Source: Tubiluchus corallicola
Lineage: Eukaryota; Animalia; Priapulida
DNA: 64,000 bases
Assembly (NCBI GenBank): GCA_030141605.1
Contig: JAQGDQ010000566.1
Coordinates: forward strand, 1 to 64,000
Direction of reading: 5' to 3'
The position numbers and the translations under genes were made by a program. This document shows positions 26,515-40,687 of this stretch, in pieces (position 1 is the stretch's first letter; each line of letters begins with the position of its first letter). Below the pieces are notes generated by a model, which had not been told where the DNA came from, did no database searches, and saw only the letters and a list, made by a program, of their open reading frames with translations.

Positions 26515-26702
26515 GTAAGTGGGTAGGCAGGCAGGTAGGCAAGTGTAGGTAGGTAGGTCGGTAGGTAGGTATGTAGGTAGGCAAGTTGGTAAAGCAGGTA
26601 GGCAAGTAGGCAGGCAAGCAGGAAGGCAGGCAGGCAAGTTTAGGTAGGGAGGAAGTTAGATTGGTCGGTAGGTATGTAGGTAGGTTCGAAGACAAGGCAG
26701 GT
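26515..26702. repeat. Degenerate (GTAG/GCAG)n repeat
   Basis: Direct reading. Confidence 0.9.
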
Positions 26703-29700
26703 AAAAAGTAAGCAATTTATTGTTATTATATTTAAAATACATGCAGTGGAAATTTGTGTGGCTTTACGTTTTGCAGCAAAAGGAAATTAACACATATAAA
26801 TTCAATCAGTTGTTGTGTAAGTGCTAATACAGTGTGAACGATATCTGAGGCCAGAAAAAATATTACCTACATACGTATTTAATGATAATTTACGCTCTTT
26901 TTGCGACCCTCGTTTCGTACAAATGTGACACAGGTTGCTGTTCAATTTCTATTATTTCTGAGGCGGATTTAGCAATCTGAACAAGAGAATTGCGATCTCC
27001 CTGCTTGATAGCGCCACACCAAACAGCAAGGGATGTTGTTAAGACACTCACAATTGCTGCCCTGTAAAATCTCCCATTACAGCAGGGGCAATCTTAAATG
27101 AATTACAACTTAAATGATTTATAGTTGTTTTAAAAAGTTCAGACGCTGGCGGTCCTTTTTTTTACACAACAGAGAACGATAGCTTACCATTAATTTAAGA
27201 TATTCTGAAGTTTTTATTCCCAGAAATTTGAAATCTTTAACAATTTGTACGGCTGTGTTATTTATACGTGCACCATAAGAAGATCTAGGCGCATGAAAGC
27301 TGATCTTAATTTGTATCTAGGTTTCTTTTAGATAATTCTGGTTTCCTGTGAGGGGATTGCATTAATTATTATGATACGTGTAGTTGTGCCATCTGTGAAG
27401 TCTGCATGTTTGTCTGTCTGACTCCTGATCGACGGGTTTCCTCTTCAGTTGTTGCTGTTCCTGAACATCACGCAGTAAAGAAGCCAAACACTTCTCAACC
27501 TTGTAACACTTAGTTTCCAAGTATATCCAATTTTTAGCAGTTCGACAGTAGTGCATACATATGTTAGCAATAACAGATAGCACGTATAAGCTGCTTCCTG
27601 TACGTAAGCACTCAGCCTCTGGTTGTCATGCCAACTTGTGATGCAACTGTACACCTGAAGCCAGTGTACAAAACTAACAGGTATGCGCTGTAATGCTCTA
27701 TAAGTACTCGTAAGCCGGTACGATCATTTACCCAAGTATAAATCCCCCTGTGTTTATTGTAAAGCACTATGTAATCGATGCATTGTAACCATAAGCTCAT
27801 TCATATAAATTAATAATGGTCGTTAAGTAATGCCGATTTATAGTGACAAAACTTTTTATTTATGAGAATGGATTACAAATGTTGACAGAAATATCAGTGC
27901 TATTAGATTAAGGATAAATAACAGAATTAAAAAGACCATGGAAACATACTTAATATTTGTAGCTCAATACCGAAAGAATGTAAAATAGCACTTTTGTATG
28001 GCAGTGCTAAACGTCATATAAGCACACACTCACAGGAAATCAAAACACGGAGACATCACAGACCTTACAAATGCTAGCTAGTGTAAGATTTTAAGAAACG
28101 AAACACTCCAAAATTGAACTGTTAATCCTCTTTTTAATGAAGTTGGATTTAAGTAGTTAGAAAAATGATGACTAATAAAACAGCTATTAGTAGATATAAA
28201 TGTAATGAACTAATAATAATTTCATTTATAATGCATTATTGAGATCAATAAATTGTATGTTTATTTGTATGCCATATTTGCTCTAAAACGTAAGTTTCTA
28301 AGATGTTGTCTCTCGGTTGTTTTAAAGTAAAATTAATGTAATTCTTTGATGTGATTTCATTTTTATGCGTAACTTAATCATATTGTAAAAATGTTTTGTA
28401 ATTGTACGTTTCCCATTACCCATTAGATACTATAATTATATACGTTTTTTAATAAGAAATAAGAAAGCATATTAAAAGTGGTGCTAATGAGATGCTGTTA
28501 TAAGTTATAACGAGATAATTACAACGCCCCAGGCATTATTATAGGCTATTCATCATGCACGCGTAGCTTGCATGAATACAAGTCGTTACACAACATTTAC
28601 ACGTTAATGGTCTCCATTTTCGCCACTAATGATCTTTTTGCGGTTAATTCTGTCCACGTTAAATGTTAATAGTAACGTAAGCAAGGCCGTGGAATATTCG
28701 CGAAGTATGGCTTTGGTTGACCCACTGCTATAGTTAGGTGGTTTGGTTTCATGGTGTGGCTTCTCAGACATACTTTACCACGAACCACAAGTAGTTTGTT
28801 TACATATTTTTGCTCGTGTTTTGAGATGTTTTCACTTCATTCACGCCTGACTATTATATTGCTGTAACCTTCACGTTAATATACAATGGTTAGTAAATAT
28901 TTGCAAAGTGAAATAAGTGCAGGCCTCCTTTAGAACTACGGGCAGAAAGTAACGTTTTGATGATATAATTTGTGTGAAGGTCACCCATCCACACACCACA
29001 TGCAGTTGATGATATGCACACAAATAAAATTTTCGGATTAAGTTAATTACCGGAGTCAAAAGAAATCAAAGATAGTAGATGTAAAAACTAGCTGTTTGTT
29101 TACAGACTTTTATTCACCACTCATTGCAAAAAAGGTGAAATTGCAATACAAACAAGAAAAAAAGAATATTTAAACAAAAATAAGGAACAAGCATTAGCAA
29201 ATTAACAACAAGCATACTGAAGCAGAAAATGACTCAAAATTAAACCATCACATACAGCATTGCAGAACAAAAGCAAAATTTGCTAATAAATAAACTTCCT
29301 AAAAAACACATCATAAATCAGCATGCACCTGCGCACACATACACGCCTACACAAAAACACTCATAACAGTTTAAACAGTTGCAAAAATCAATAATTTGGC
29401 ATGATTGTAACAAAATAAACACTATTAGAAACTAATAAGCCAACAAATAATTTATTACAAAGCTCTACATGAAAATAAGCAAACAAAAATGCACTTACAA
29501 ACGTTTCGAGATCTGCATAGCAAACTTCAAGCCAATTTTCAGAAATCAACAGAGACATACTGATCTATAACAGAGGCATACTGAAACACACAACTACAGG
29601 CGTCTATACTACTAAAAACAGGATTTTGCACTGTTCAAAGGCTGTCTATCTTCTCATACTAGAATAGTCAAGCATGTTAAACAAACGCGCCTACAAGTAA

Positions 29701-29715
29701 TGCAAAATAACAATG

Positions 29716-30004
29716 CTCTCCATTCAACACACCAGGCTCCGTTGTACCCATGCTAGCCCCGGGGGGAAACGACGCTCTCCAATCAACACACCAGGCTCCG
29801 TTGTACCCATACTAGCCCCGGGGGAATGACGATGCTCTCCAGTCAACACACCTGGCTTCATTGTACCCATGCTAGCCCCGGGGGAAAAAGGACGCTCTCC
29901 AATCAACACACCAGGCTTCGTTGTACCCATGCTAGCCCCGGGGGAAAAAGGACGCTCTCCAATCAACACACCAGGCTTCGTTGTACCCATGCTAGCCCCG
30001 GGGG
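29716..30004. repeat. GC-rich 60-bp minisatellite, 5 copies
   Basis: Unit CTCTCCAATCAACACACCAGGCTTCGTTGTACCCATGCTAGCCCCGGGGGAAAAAGGACG starting at 29716, 29775, 29835, 29895 and 29955. Confidence 0.96.
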
Positions 30005-31007
30005 ATAACAATGGAAGCGCATTTACTTCAGCTCAGAACTTATGCTTAATTTTTATTCTTAAAATTTTACTCATTTGTTATGCAACAAGTTCAGATGTAG
30101 TCATTGAGAAGTTTTTCTTTAATGTGTGAAAATGAATCCGGGACCTGTTGAACGTAGCAAATTAACGCACATGCACAATAATTCAAAATTATTGCAAATC
30201 TCATTTTTGATTTTTTTTTTTGGAAAAGCCAAACAGAAAGTTAAAGTTTTTGAGGTTATATTTCCACGTCGTGTCATTATTAATGTTTTTGCTACTTTTT
30301 TGTTTTGTTATTTTTTCTGTAGTGTTTTGCAAAACATTGGCTTGTTGTTGAGCATCACTTTTTGCTCGTCAGAAAATGTTTACACAAACAGTAAGTAGTT
30401 TATATTACACGGTGCGCTACAGTTATATACTCGGAGGCCTCACAATTTGGTCTTGTAACAAGGCAAATTCGTCTAAAATGTGAATGGATTTTAAACTCAT
30501 TATTTCTAAATAATTTTTTTCTTGAAAAAATTTTTCCTCTAATTTACCCGCTCGAAAAATGCCTGTAATATTACAATAACGATTTGGCAAGATAGTATAT
30601 GTGATCACGAACAATGGAACCAGATCCCAAACGCAGAGCGACATTATTTATATATTTATTTGCCAGACGTTTAAGCGTTTGTACCAACTCCAAATGGCTT
30701 GAAGCCTGCAAGCATCTTACGTGAATAACAGTAACTTTAACAACACTGACATCAAAATCACATTTTAGCATGGTACTCTAGTCTTATGATTATTGCCATA
30801 TAAGCGCTGAAACTTCAGGCAAATAAAAATGCAAATAATGTCTTTCTGCGTTTTGTGCTGGTGTTTACTTTTGCTTCCCTAGTCCACAAATCTGAACAAT
30901 GGTATCTTTGTGGTTACAGAATGTTTGCAAAGTGGCTTCTCGTGCCCTACTACAGTCGTTGTGGCATAGCAGTAAATACACATAGCATAACATTTTGTTA
31001 GGCGATA

Positions 31008-31309
31008 CAGAATCAACCACTAACCGTATAGTACAGTTTATTACACCAAAGGATTGCTGAAACAATAGAGACTCTATCACGACTTCAATGTTTAGCATGA
31101 AAGGCTCGTGCCTCTTGCACAGCCTGCAGTCTTGAAGGATATGACCGAGAAGGGACCTGACAACTCTGGGATTGAAATCGTCAAAGATTGCAGGCTGCGA
31201 AAGACGCATGAGGTTTCCACACCAAATTTTGATGGCCTGATAGATTCGCTATTGTTTGAGCAATCCTTTGGTGTAATAAACTGTACTATACGGTTAATGG
31301 TTGATTCTG
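31008..31309. mobile_element. Tc1/mariner-type palindromic MITE
   Basis: TA on both sides. ~70-bp TIRs starting CAGAATCAACCA and ending TGGTTGATTCTG. An inner inverted repeat is also present. Confidence 0.85.
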
Positions 31310-32114
31310 TATGACGCTATGACGTAATAAGTTGATCTGTATAATTACTTGTTATTTTTGCACCCTTACCACACTAGCAAAACGTTATGAACCACCCTAT
31401 ACAACACTGATTTCAACATTGTTACTTCTATCCTAAATAATACACGTGTGTACTATTTACGGCACCATTCACATAAGATGAGTATCTCCCAACTCGTCAA
31501 TGTAATTAAGCAGCAGTAACGTTGCCGTTGTAGTTGTTATCTTAAAAGCTTACAAACTAATAAAATCATAAACTTTACTATGATGCCATAAACAAATATG
31601 GATCACTATACTACTAACTATTTTATTGGATACGTCAAGAATAAATCCCGAACATTGGCCCGCCAAACTGAAAAAAGGATAAACATGAAAATAGATAACA
31701 TCTTCGTGAGAAAGTATTCTTTGTTTTTAATTGCCAAATTTAGAGTGAGAACTGTTCAGCAAATGAAATTATCCAATTTACAGACATTCGTTATTTATGT
31801 CGAGCAACTGGTGGTAAGAGCTAATGGTGCCATTATAGCTTGATATGATTTAGTGGTTCAAAGTCGAACTAAACCAGTAAATATTCAAGTATTGCGTTTA
31901 AAAATAGTGATGAATTCCATAGAGCTGTGCCAGGCTAGAATATACAAATGCACTGAGACTCATCCCAAATTAGTTTGCTTGACGTGTGTTGGATGTAGTA
32001 AATCCCCAGAGTTTGCTATGTTACATTATTAATTACATATGTTTACATTTTACAAGGTTAACGTTTCATCCAAGTAGGTGTGAAGTTAGCGTTTTTCTTT
32101 TTAAATCTATGCTA

Positions 32115-32116
<2 letters not shown>

Positions 32117-32161
<45 letters not shown>

Positions 32162-32166
32162 TGCCC

Positions 32167-32212
<46 letters not shown>

Positions 32213-32248
32213 ACACACTTCCCCCCTCTCTCTCTCTCTCTCTTACTG

Positions 32249-32291
<43 letters not shown>

Positions 32292-32341
32292 TGCCCCCCT
32301 CTCTTCTCTCTCTCTTACTGCTCCTCTCTCTCTCTCACTGC

Positions 32342-32380
<39 letters not shown>
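32117..32380. repeat. Compound (CT)n microsatellite
   Basis: Direct reading. Confidence 0.96.
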
Positions 32381-32382
<2 letters not shown>

Positions 32383-34131
32383 ACACACGTTACTTCGTTC
32401 CTGTAGCTCTATCAGCAAGCTTCTCTCCAGGGAAGGCTGAAATTGATGGAAAATCAAAGTTGCAGGCTTACAGAAATTTGCTTTCTTTCTCTCCTGGGGC
32501 AGAATAATGTAATTCCATGCCCAGCGCGTGGCTTTCAACGCGCGAAAAATCCGTGATTAACTTTCCTGTAACAATCGTTACACTTTACAAGAATAAGTAT
32601 TGCTTTTCCAAAAGGAAATGAAGTCAGTGCAATTACGTCTCGCGTGTGTAATTCACACGTCTATGTGTACATATGACTTTCGCTGTAATTAGTTTCATGA
32701 CATAATGTAATGGATGTAATGCTCTGGAGCGGTAAAGTAATGTGGCAAAATTGCCTTACTGTGTTATAAGTATATATATATATAATGAGAACAGCTGCAC
32801 AGTTGTGCACACGGAAGCTTGTTTGCTTCTCTGCCAAAACTAAAGGAATACAAGTAATTCAAGATTTGTGACATGACGAGGATATTGCACATTAAGATTA
32901 CATATTAAAAAAGATTTCTATTAGGTTTATTAAAAAAGATATGGAAAAGCTTGTCCGACCTAATAATATTTTGGATATTTTTATAAGCCGACAAGTACTA
33001 TAGGCTTGTGCCATGCTTTTTATTTTCTCGTTTAATTTAGCTAAGAGGTTCTAAAATTTTTACAAAAATTAAATTTTAGAGAAGGGAAGGCTGGTGCAGC
33101 AGTAAATTTATTTTAAACTTTTATTTACTTTTTTAGAATATTTATTTTTTGGTTTTATCCTAGTAAATTTAGATCAAATCACACCTGAATGAAGTCACTA
33201 TAAAGCAATACACCCTGAAACGTTAATAAATAATGTTACTTAAAATATTTGTAGGAAGTTAAAGGAAAAGAGGATGATTTTTCATATACTACCACATTTT
33301 CAAGTCCGATAAAAAGTGCAAATTTTTCACAATTAATACTTCAAAAGCGTTTCTGATAAATAAATAATAAATTAAGTTGGCGGGCGAGTACCAACTATTG
33401 ATGACATCACAAACTAACATAATTTTCAACAGCAAAAATATTCAACGAGCTTGTTGGACGTGTTTGCGAAAGTGAAAATAGACGTACCGTGCTACTGTAA
33501 GATATTCTGGGTGTTGTACTAAAACTAGGCAAGTTTTAACATAAAAATTCAAATTTAAAATTTAGCGCTGTGCTCATGCGTGAGTGGCCAAACGCGTGTA
33601 GTTCGTCACAAACTAACACATCTGAACTAAGAGGTACAGCACCCGTTTTTTGTGCAATGCGTTTCCGAAATGCAGGCGCTAGTACTGGTCTAACTAGCGA
33701 ATGACGAAATACATGTAACAGCAAAAAACTAGTGGCGCAAACGTGAAATTGCATTTTTTGTGGTAATAACTCTTTCACGTAAGTCATTTTTTGAAAAATA
33801 GTATGTTTGCTTTCAATATGTTGAAGAGTTGATTGTTTTGACCTACAGTTTAAGATTGATTCCGGTTTTGCTTTAGATATACAGTTTAAGCTTACCATTA
33901 GTTTACTGTACAACTGCTAACAGTTGTAAAGCCTACACAGCACAATTCTGCAAACCAGTCAATTAATATCTTCAAGATGAAGCTTATGAATTACAATATA
34001 AAACGTAAAGCTTCCTTCTGAGCCTCAAGTGCAGAAAAGAAATCAACACGAGTGTTTTTTCAGTCAACATAACGCAGACCACCTAATTCGTTCATCTTTA
34101 ATCACTTACTAAATCACCCAGCCATCGATAA

Positions 34132-34560
34132 CTCACTCACTCTCACCATCTTCCACTTGCAAGCTCGCTCACTCAGTCACACATTCCGTCACTCACTCAA
34201 TTACTCACTCGTTCACTCACTCACACATTCCCTCACTCACTCACATCCACTTGCTAGCTCGCTCACTCGCTCATAACTTCCGTCACTCACTCACTTACTC
34301 ACTCGTTCACTCACTCACACATTCCCTCACTCACTCATATCCACTTGCAAGCTCGCTCACTCACTCACACATTCCGCCACTCACTCACTTACTCACTCGT
34401 TCACTCACTCACACATTCCGTCACTCACCCAATTACTCACTGGCTCACTCACTCACACATTCCGTCACTCGCTCAATTACTCACTCGTTTACTCACTCAC
34501 ACATTCTGTCACTCACTCAATTACTCACTCGTTCACTCACTCACACATTCCGTCACTCAC
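34132..34560. repeat. (CACT)n-based higher-order tandem repeat
   Basis: Recurrent CACACATTCCGTCACTCACTCAATTACTCACTCGTT units. Confidence 0.92.
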
Positions 34561-36549
34561 CTCTATGCTTACGTTATTTGATTCAAGCTTGTCTACTAAG
34601 CTTACACACATACTATTTACATATAGTAGACTGGAACTAAATTTTTTTATTGCTGTCAAAAGCGGGGACAAACTAGCGAACGGCTGAAAGTCGCCTAACA
34701 ATCACGCCCAATTAAAGATTGATTACTTTATTTCGTTATAAACTGTCTCATTATCGGCATTAAGGCACTGAACCAACAGAGATATTATAGCTCATGTGTA
34801 TCTTTTCCAATGAAAAAAAGCCTGTGGAGGGCATTAGGGCGGTGATCCACTTCCTTCTTAGCAAACTAACTAACCCAATAGCAAATTGGCAAATTGACAT
34901 GTAAAATGTTTAACGGAAATCATTATGAATTCGAATCAAATGACTTGCAGGAAGAGTTGAAGCTACAAACCCACAATGTATTAAATTTTTCATAAGAAAC
35001 ATGCAAGACAGGGAATGTGTGAAAGTTGGAAACGTTCGAAGCTGGATTAATTAACTTGCAAAAAAGCGTTTCTTTTAAAATAATTTGAGTCACATTTGAA
35101 ATTGTACGACCCTCAATTTTATAATACCAAGTTCAGTAAGTAAAAATCAAATTTGTGGCATTTTGCCGAACATTATTAAGGTTTAAAAGGCAGCATTTGC
35201 CACATTTGTGGGGTCCTTGTGTTCGTACCCGTTCAGAAAACCACGACTGAGTCGCAATCACAAAGGCTTAATGGCAAAACAAACCCCGAACAACAGTCAT
35301 TGTAGTTTAATATCAATTATACGTGTAATTTGAAATTGAAATTACTACATGCTTTACGCTTGAAAATGCAAAAGAAATTTAAATCATTCTTATCTTCTGC
35401 CAAACGAACCATGCTGCGTGTATGTTTAAAAAAATGACGTAAGCTGGTGGACAGCACGAAGGCACGCGTAGCAAAACTTCTACAGTTCACTCAAAAATTT
35501 CACTATTTCAGCTGACTAAATCTTTTTGTTTGACCGTGTTTATGTAAAAATTAGTCGCCTGATCAATTAGCAACAATTTCAATTGTTTATGTAGCTAATC
35601 CACAGGATTATACCTCAAGATACGTAAGTACAGCACAATCTAATTACAAACAAGCATGGAATTCTGCGAGGCTGCGAGCATAGAAAAGAGGCAGGCAGTT
35701 TACTTAGATAATACAGTTCAGTTTTAGCGTGTTAAAATAATTATTCTGTTACTTTATCTGTGTTGACTAGCGCAGTTGGATTTTATCATATTATTGTTGG
35801 TAACTGGTTTTCATTTCATAGTGGGCAAGGGGATTAATCAAAAAGCAAAAATAATATTACTAATCTCTCGTTTAACGTTTTGGATATTTTGTAGGAGACA
35901 ACAGTAACTGCTGCTGCAAATAAAGTTTGTTTCATGTCATTTTTAATCAATAAGCGCGCCCAAGCGTGAAGTGATCGCAACTTTAAATTGATTTTACTAA
36001 TTACACGAAGCGCTCATCACAATTTTAATGCTGAATCTTTCTAACATTTTTCTCATATATTAAAACCGAGAGCCATGTTGCAGAGAAATATTTCCCTTTT
36101 CCCATTTCCCTCGCCTTTAGGCTAATGCGATAGGGGAAGGTGATGAACGCGTAATTGCTTGTTACGGTGAATCTACTGACGGGTGAACAGCAATAAAATT
36201 GTAATAAATGCCAAGTTTCTGAGGGGAAAGAAGCAGCTTACTTGTGGAAGTTGCTGATAGTCATCATCATGGCGGCGGTGACGTCGTTTTTTGAGTGAGA
36301 TCTTCGAGTGGAAACGTTAATAGATTACGAATTACTAAATTTAAACAAATACTGTCTTGTAAATCAAGACGTTATAATACAATTATTGCTTATAAAACTT
36401 GATTATGCTGAGTAGAATTCCCGTTCGGTTGATCTTCACAAAATCAAAAAATAAATGTGCTTTTCTTGACTAAGAAAGCAATATGAATTCCATAAAGTGA
36501 CAAACGGTTTCTTTCTTTTAACGGTGGATTAATTATTGTAGAAGTACTC

Positions 36550-36705
36550 TTTCCCTCATTCTCATTCTTCTTTTCCCACCTCTATTTCCCTTTCTCTCCC
36601 CCTCAATCTCTCTCGCTCTCCTTCCCTTCCTCTTTCTGTCTCTCTTTCTCTCTCTGTCTCTCTGACTGCACTCTCTCTCTCTCTCTCTCCCTCTCTTTCT
36701 CTCAC
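36550..36705. repeat. CT-rich polypyrimidine tract
   Basis: Direct reading. Confidence 0.9.
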
Positions 36706-37250
36706 TGCCACAACGTAGCAAGGTTATGTGTTACCGCTGATATGTTTCCTATTGCAGTCAAAGTGATCTAACGAAAGGTCAAAGGTAGGTCAAACTAATT
36801 ATTTTTTCAGACAAGTAGTTTGATATGCATTTCATTCGGATTCGTGAATTTTTGAAATTTGGCTCCCATTGGCCCCCTTTGCCCCCACCCCTACAAAAAT
36901 TCCTGACATTTTAAAGAGGGTTGCCCAAGCTAGAGTATTTTAGTGCCCCTCAAGCAACCCAAAACAGCTTTCAATTCTTTTCTCTAGCGAAAGTGTTACG
37001 GAACATTAACATTTTTCCTCTATTATATATGTCACTATTTAGTGTAGGTCTTATGTCTTATGTCACTAAGTCTTCTTTATCATTCCTTGATTTTTCATTC
37101 AGTTCTTTTTAGCCTATTCTATTGGACACTTTCACTGTTATTTTGTACTTGTGCTATCTGAGATTATTCTACTTGATACCGCGTGTTTTGCCTTCGGCTG
37201 GCTGCTGCAGAAATCTCCTCGAACATTTTGATCTTAGGTATGTACTAGAA

Positions 37251-37556
37251 CAGTGGCTCTTAACCTTGTTGGAGGTGCTGAACCCCGCAAGTTTCATACG
37301 TGCGCAACAATGATGTTTTTTGCCATGAATTACGCAAGAGATTTTAGAATTTGCCATAACTATTCGTCAATACTCTTCAATTTCTTATGGTGAAATATTG
37401 AAAATTCCATAAAAGTATTGTGTGTTTGCCGAAAGTGTATTAATGCACCTGGCAACCCTGGTGAACGGAATGGACACACGCACACACACACCTCCGCCGA
37501 ACCCCTCAGACTGACTCACCGAACCTCTGGGATTCGATCGAACTCCAGAAGCACTG
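37251..37556. mobile_element. hAT (Charlie-like) MITE
   Basis: Perfect 8-bp TSD TACTAGAA (37243-37250, 37557-37564). Termini CAGTG...CACTG. Repeated GAACC subterminal motifs. Confidence 0.88.
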
Positions 37557-40500
37557 TACTAGAAGATGTTGGCAGACAGAAGCAAAGCTCGTCTAGACTA
37601 ATTTTTTTAGTTTGGAAACAACTGAGTTCAGGTAGAACTGTTTAATAGACCTTTTATACCTTCAGGTGTGGGTACCTTGCCGTCAACACCTTGGATAAGG
37701 GAAAAAGCACATATTTATCAATGATGACACTAAGGATTTACTGCATAAAAATCTCAGACGACGTGCAAACATTAATAATAAATCTTTGTTGAGTCACATC
37801 ATTTATAAATTTTTAATGGCTTGCTTGGTAGACATAAAACAAGCCAAATCAATTAGTGGTAATTACAAAACAGTGGCTGCAGCTTTACTGCTATGCGCAT
37901 GGTGATAACAGGATTTTTAATTAGGTATAGATTTAGCAGCGCTCAAACACCTGGACCCACCTTCCCACGAGCAGTCTATGCAATGCAACTGTGATGGCTT
38001 CCCTGAATGCTCGCCTAGTTCTACTGTCATATTTACTGTAGGACAACAACTTATAAGTAAAATGAAATTAAAACAATAAATATCACGGCCAGTTCGTTTT
38101 TCTGCCTCTGTTTACTTAGCATACCACAAAAGGTTTTAGTGAATTTCCATTGGTGTAATGGTCAGCATCCTATGTGCTAGAAGGAACATTACGCTGTTGG
38201 CCAGCAGCTGTTTTTAATGCTTAGTCATCAGTGGCAGTCAGTGCTCGTGTTACACAAGAAATTGATATAAAATCTGACACAATTTACTATGAAAATTTCC
38301 TTTTCATTTTATTCTATTTCATTGTGACATTTTTAATGCGTTTATTTGTTTGTTTACCCCCCCCCCAAAAAAAAAAATTGGAAACATTGGTGAAATGCAA
38401 CTTCACCAGAAACAGCAAAATTTGTTGCTTTTTTTGTTTTATGGTGTTATTTAAGCTACAGTACGTCATGTAACACGTAAGCTCAAAGTCGCTGTACTAT
38501 AGGGTTATTGACTTTTCCTGGACAGCCTTGTATGTTTCAGTTTTCTATTTTGTTTCTAATTAAACTTGTGGGAATAGATCCTTATCTTATTTTCGCTAAG
38601 AATTCTGCCAGGTTGGACCACGTGAAACGTCACAAGCTAGACTTTGTTCATCTAGTTTTCTTAAAAGGAATTCGCCTACGGAATAGTTTACCAATTGAAA
38701 AATTTAAAACAGACAAACTTTCTTTTCTCCATTTGCCTTTAAAAGTAGATTGTTGAACCTAGAGGGGGGGGGGGGGGAGTTCGTACTAAATCAGTATGCC
38801 CCAATTCTAATGATGACTGAAGTAATGAGATTTCAACGAATAGATTCATTGCCAATTTTTCACAATTAAAAGGTGATTTGTTTTCCAGCAATATTATTTA
38901 TGACCCTGTAGCTGCAACAATTCGACTGAGAGTCCCCGCCATTATTTTTTTGATTGTTCAAACTATGACATATACAGAACACTATTATTGGATCAGCTTC
39001 TGTTATTATTGGTACGTAACTCAAGAATTACGCCTCAAACCTAGACCTGCTATTATTAACAACGACATTTTTCATAAACTCAGACCAGGTCATCCATCCA
39101 GTGGCATTCTCTTCAGATTGATGCAGAACTACATACATAAAGTCTATTAAATGCTTTGCTAGTTGATTGTACGTATAATTGCATATTGAATTGTAACCTG
39201 AATTACTTGTATTGTAAATTTTTGACCTTTGAATTAAACACCAGTTATTCAACAATCATACTTTTGTATAACTAATATGATAATGTACATTGATAATTGT
39301 TTCTGGTATGCTTATGCACCTTCTGAGCTTTGTATATATATGTATTCACTTCCTTGGTGTAACAATGCGTAGTAACTGAGTACCTGGTATAAAAAACAGT
39401 TTAGGTATTCAAAAAACCTGAGGTAGAGTTGAGAGAGAAAAGAGGCAGAGAACTATGCTGCCCCTAAGATTTTGTATAAAGTGAACCATAGCTTTGTTGT
39501 TATTGTACTTAGCGTTGAACTAGCAAACAAATTATTTTCTCTACCGAAGCGTTTGACGTAATAAATGATAACGATTGTTTCTCAGTTCTGAACTACAGTT
39601 CTAAAATTCTTTCTATTTTTTTTACTTCAATCTTCCGAAAACTGCAATATATAGAACACCACAGCAGCTGTGGTTTTAATTAATCGGATCTTTATTCTCC
39701 GCTCACGTGTTTTTGACAGAGTTTACCTCTTTCTCCATCAACAGAGAAATAATCGTTTGCCAGGCAAAATAGGCTTTGATGTTTCAAGCTAATCAACGTC
39801 CAGCTGCTGCCCTTGGAGGAGGTTTTTCTGTAGGCGATCCCGAAATATACGTAATAGTTGCCGTATAAACAGGCATACCCTTTGACAGCCCCATGTTGAC
39901 AGTAATAACCCACCTTATTCCATCCATTTAATTAACAAATCCACCTCGGTACCCTCTAGTAGGAAGCTGTCACATTGTCAAACTGCTAATCAGTGCCACC
40001 CGTCTAAAACTTTTATAAACAGCAAAAAACATTTTAGAAAGCTAATACGTGGAAATAAAGAAACTTTGTTTGACCTAGTTTTGGCCACCTTATGTACCTG
40101 TTGCTGCTGGACAGTGAACTGGCGCCCACATTAAGCGTTAGTAAGCTATAATTTTAACACAACATTGTCGTCATCGAAATTTTTGTCTAGGGCTAGTCGA
40201 ATTTTGTCTAGTACATGTGTCGGGCGGCAGTGACGTCACAAAGTGATGTCATTGAAGTGTTGAAATGCACGATCAATCTTTATGCCGGTTATTGAAACGA
40301 ATCCTGGATTTTTATATTACAGGCACAAATAACTGGGACTTATTAATAAAAGAAAGTTTATCTATGTACCATAATAAGCCTTCTCTTAATGTACAAAGCA
40401 GTTCAATTTTTTAACTTTATTTTCAAACACTTAGCTATTTATACTGTATGAATTTCTTTTTCTTCATGTTTGCTTAATCGTTACATGTTTGGCTTTTGTG

Positions 40501-40648
40501 AATACATAATTATTGCATAGTTTACTGTATCAATTTCTTTACTGGTCTGCTTATTCATTACCTATTTGGCTTCTGTTAACTACTTAATTAGTCGCATAAC
40601 GTCTATAGGCTCTACCTATATAAACTGTTAGTGTGTTTGCAAAATTTA

Positions 40649-40687
40649 CCACTGATGATGATAGCAATAGTCTGTCGAAACGTTTGG
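40649..40687 (+). ncRNA. Minimal type-I hammerhead ribozyme (Penelope-like element type)
   Basis: CCA-CTGATGA-T-GATAG-caatagt-CTGTC-GAAA-CGTT-TGG: intact catalytic core, 5-bp stem II, palindromic ACGT stem III, CCA/TGG stem I. Followed by AATAAA. Confidence 0.78.

Noticed and set aside
38146-38176. tRNA-like 5' half (TTCCATTGGTGTAATGGTCAGCATC)
   Set aside because: No T arm/B box or acceptor 3' strand follows.
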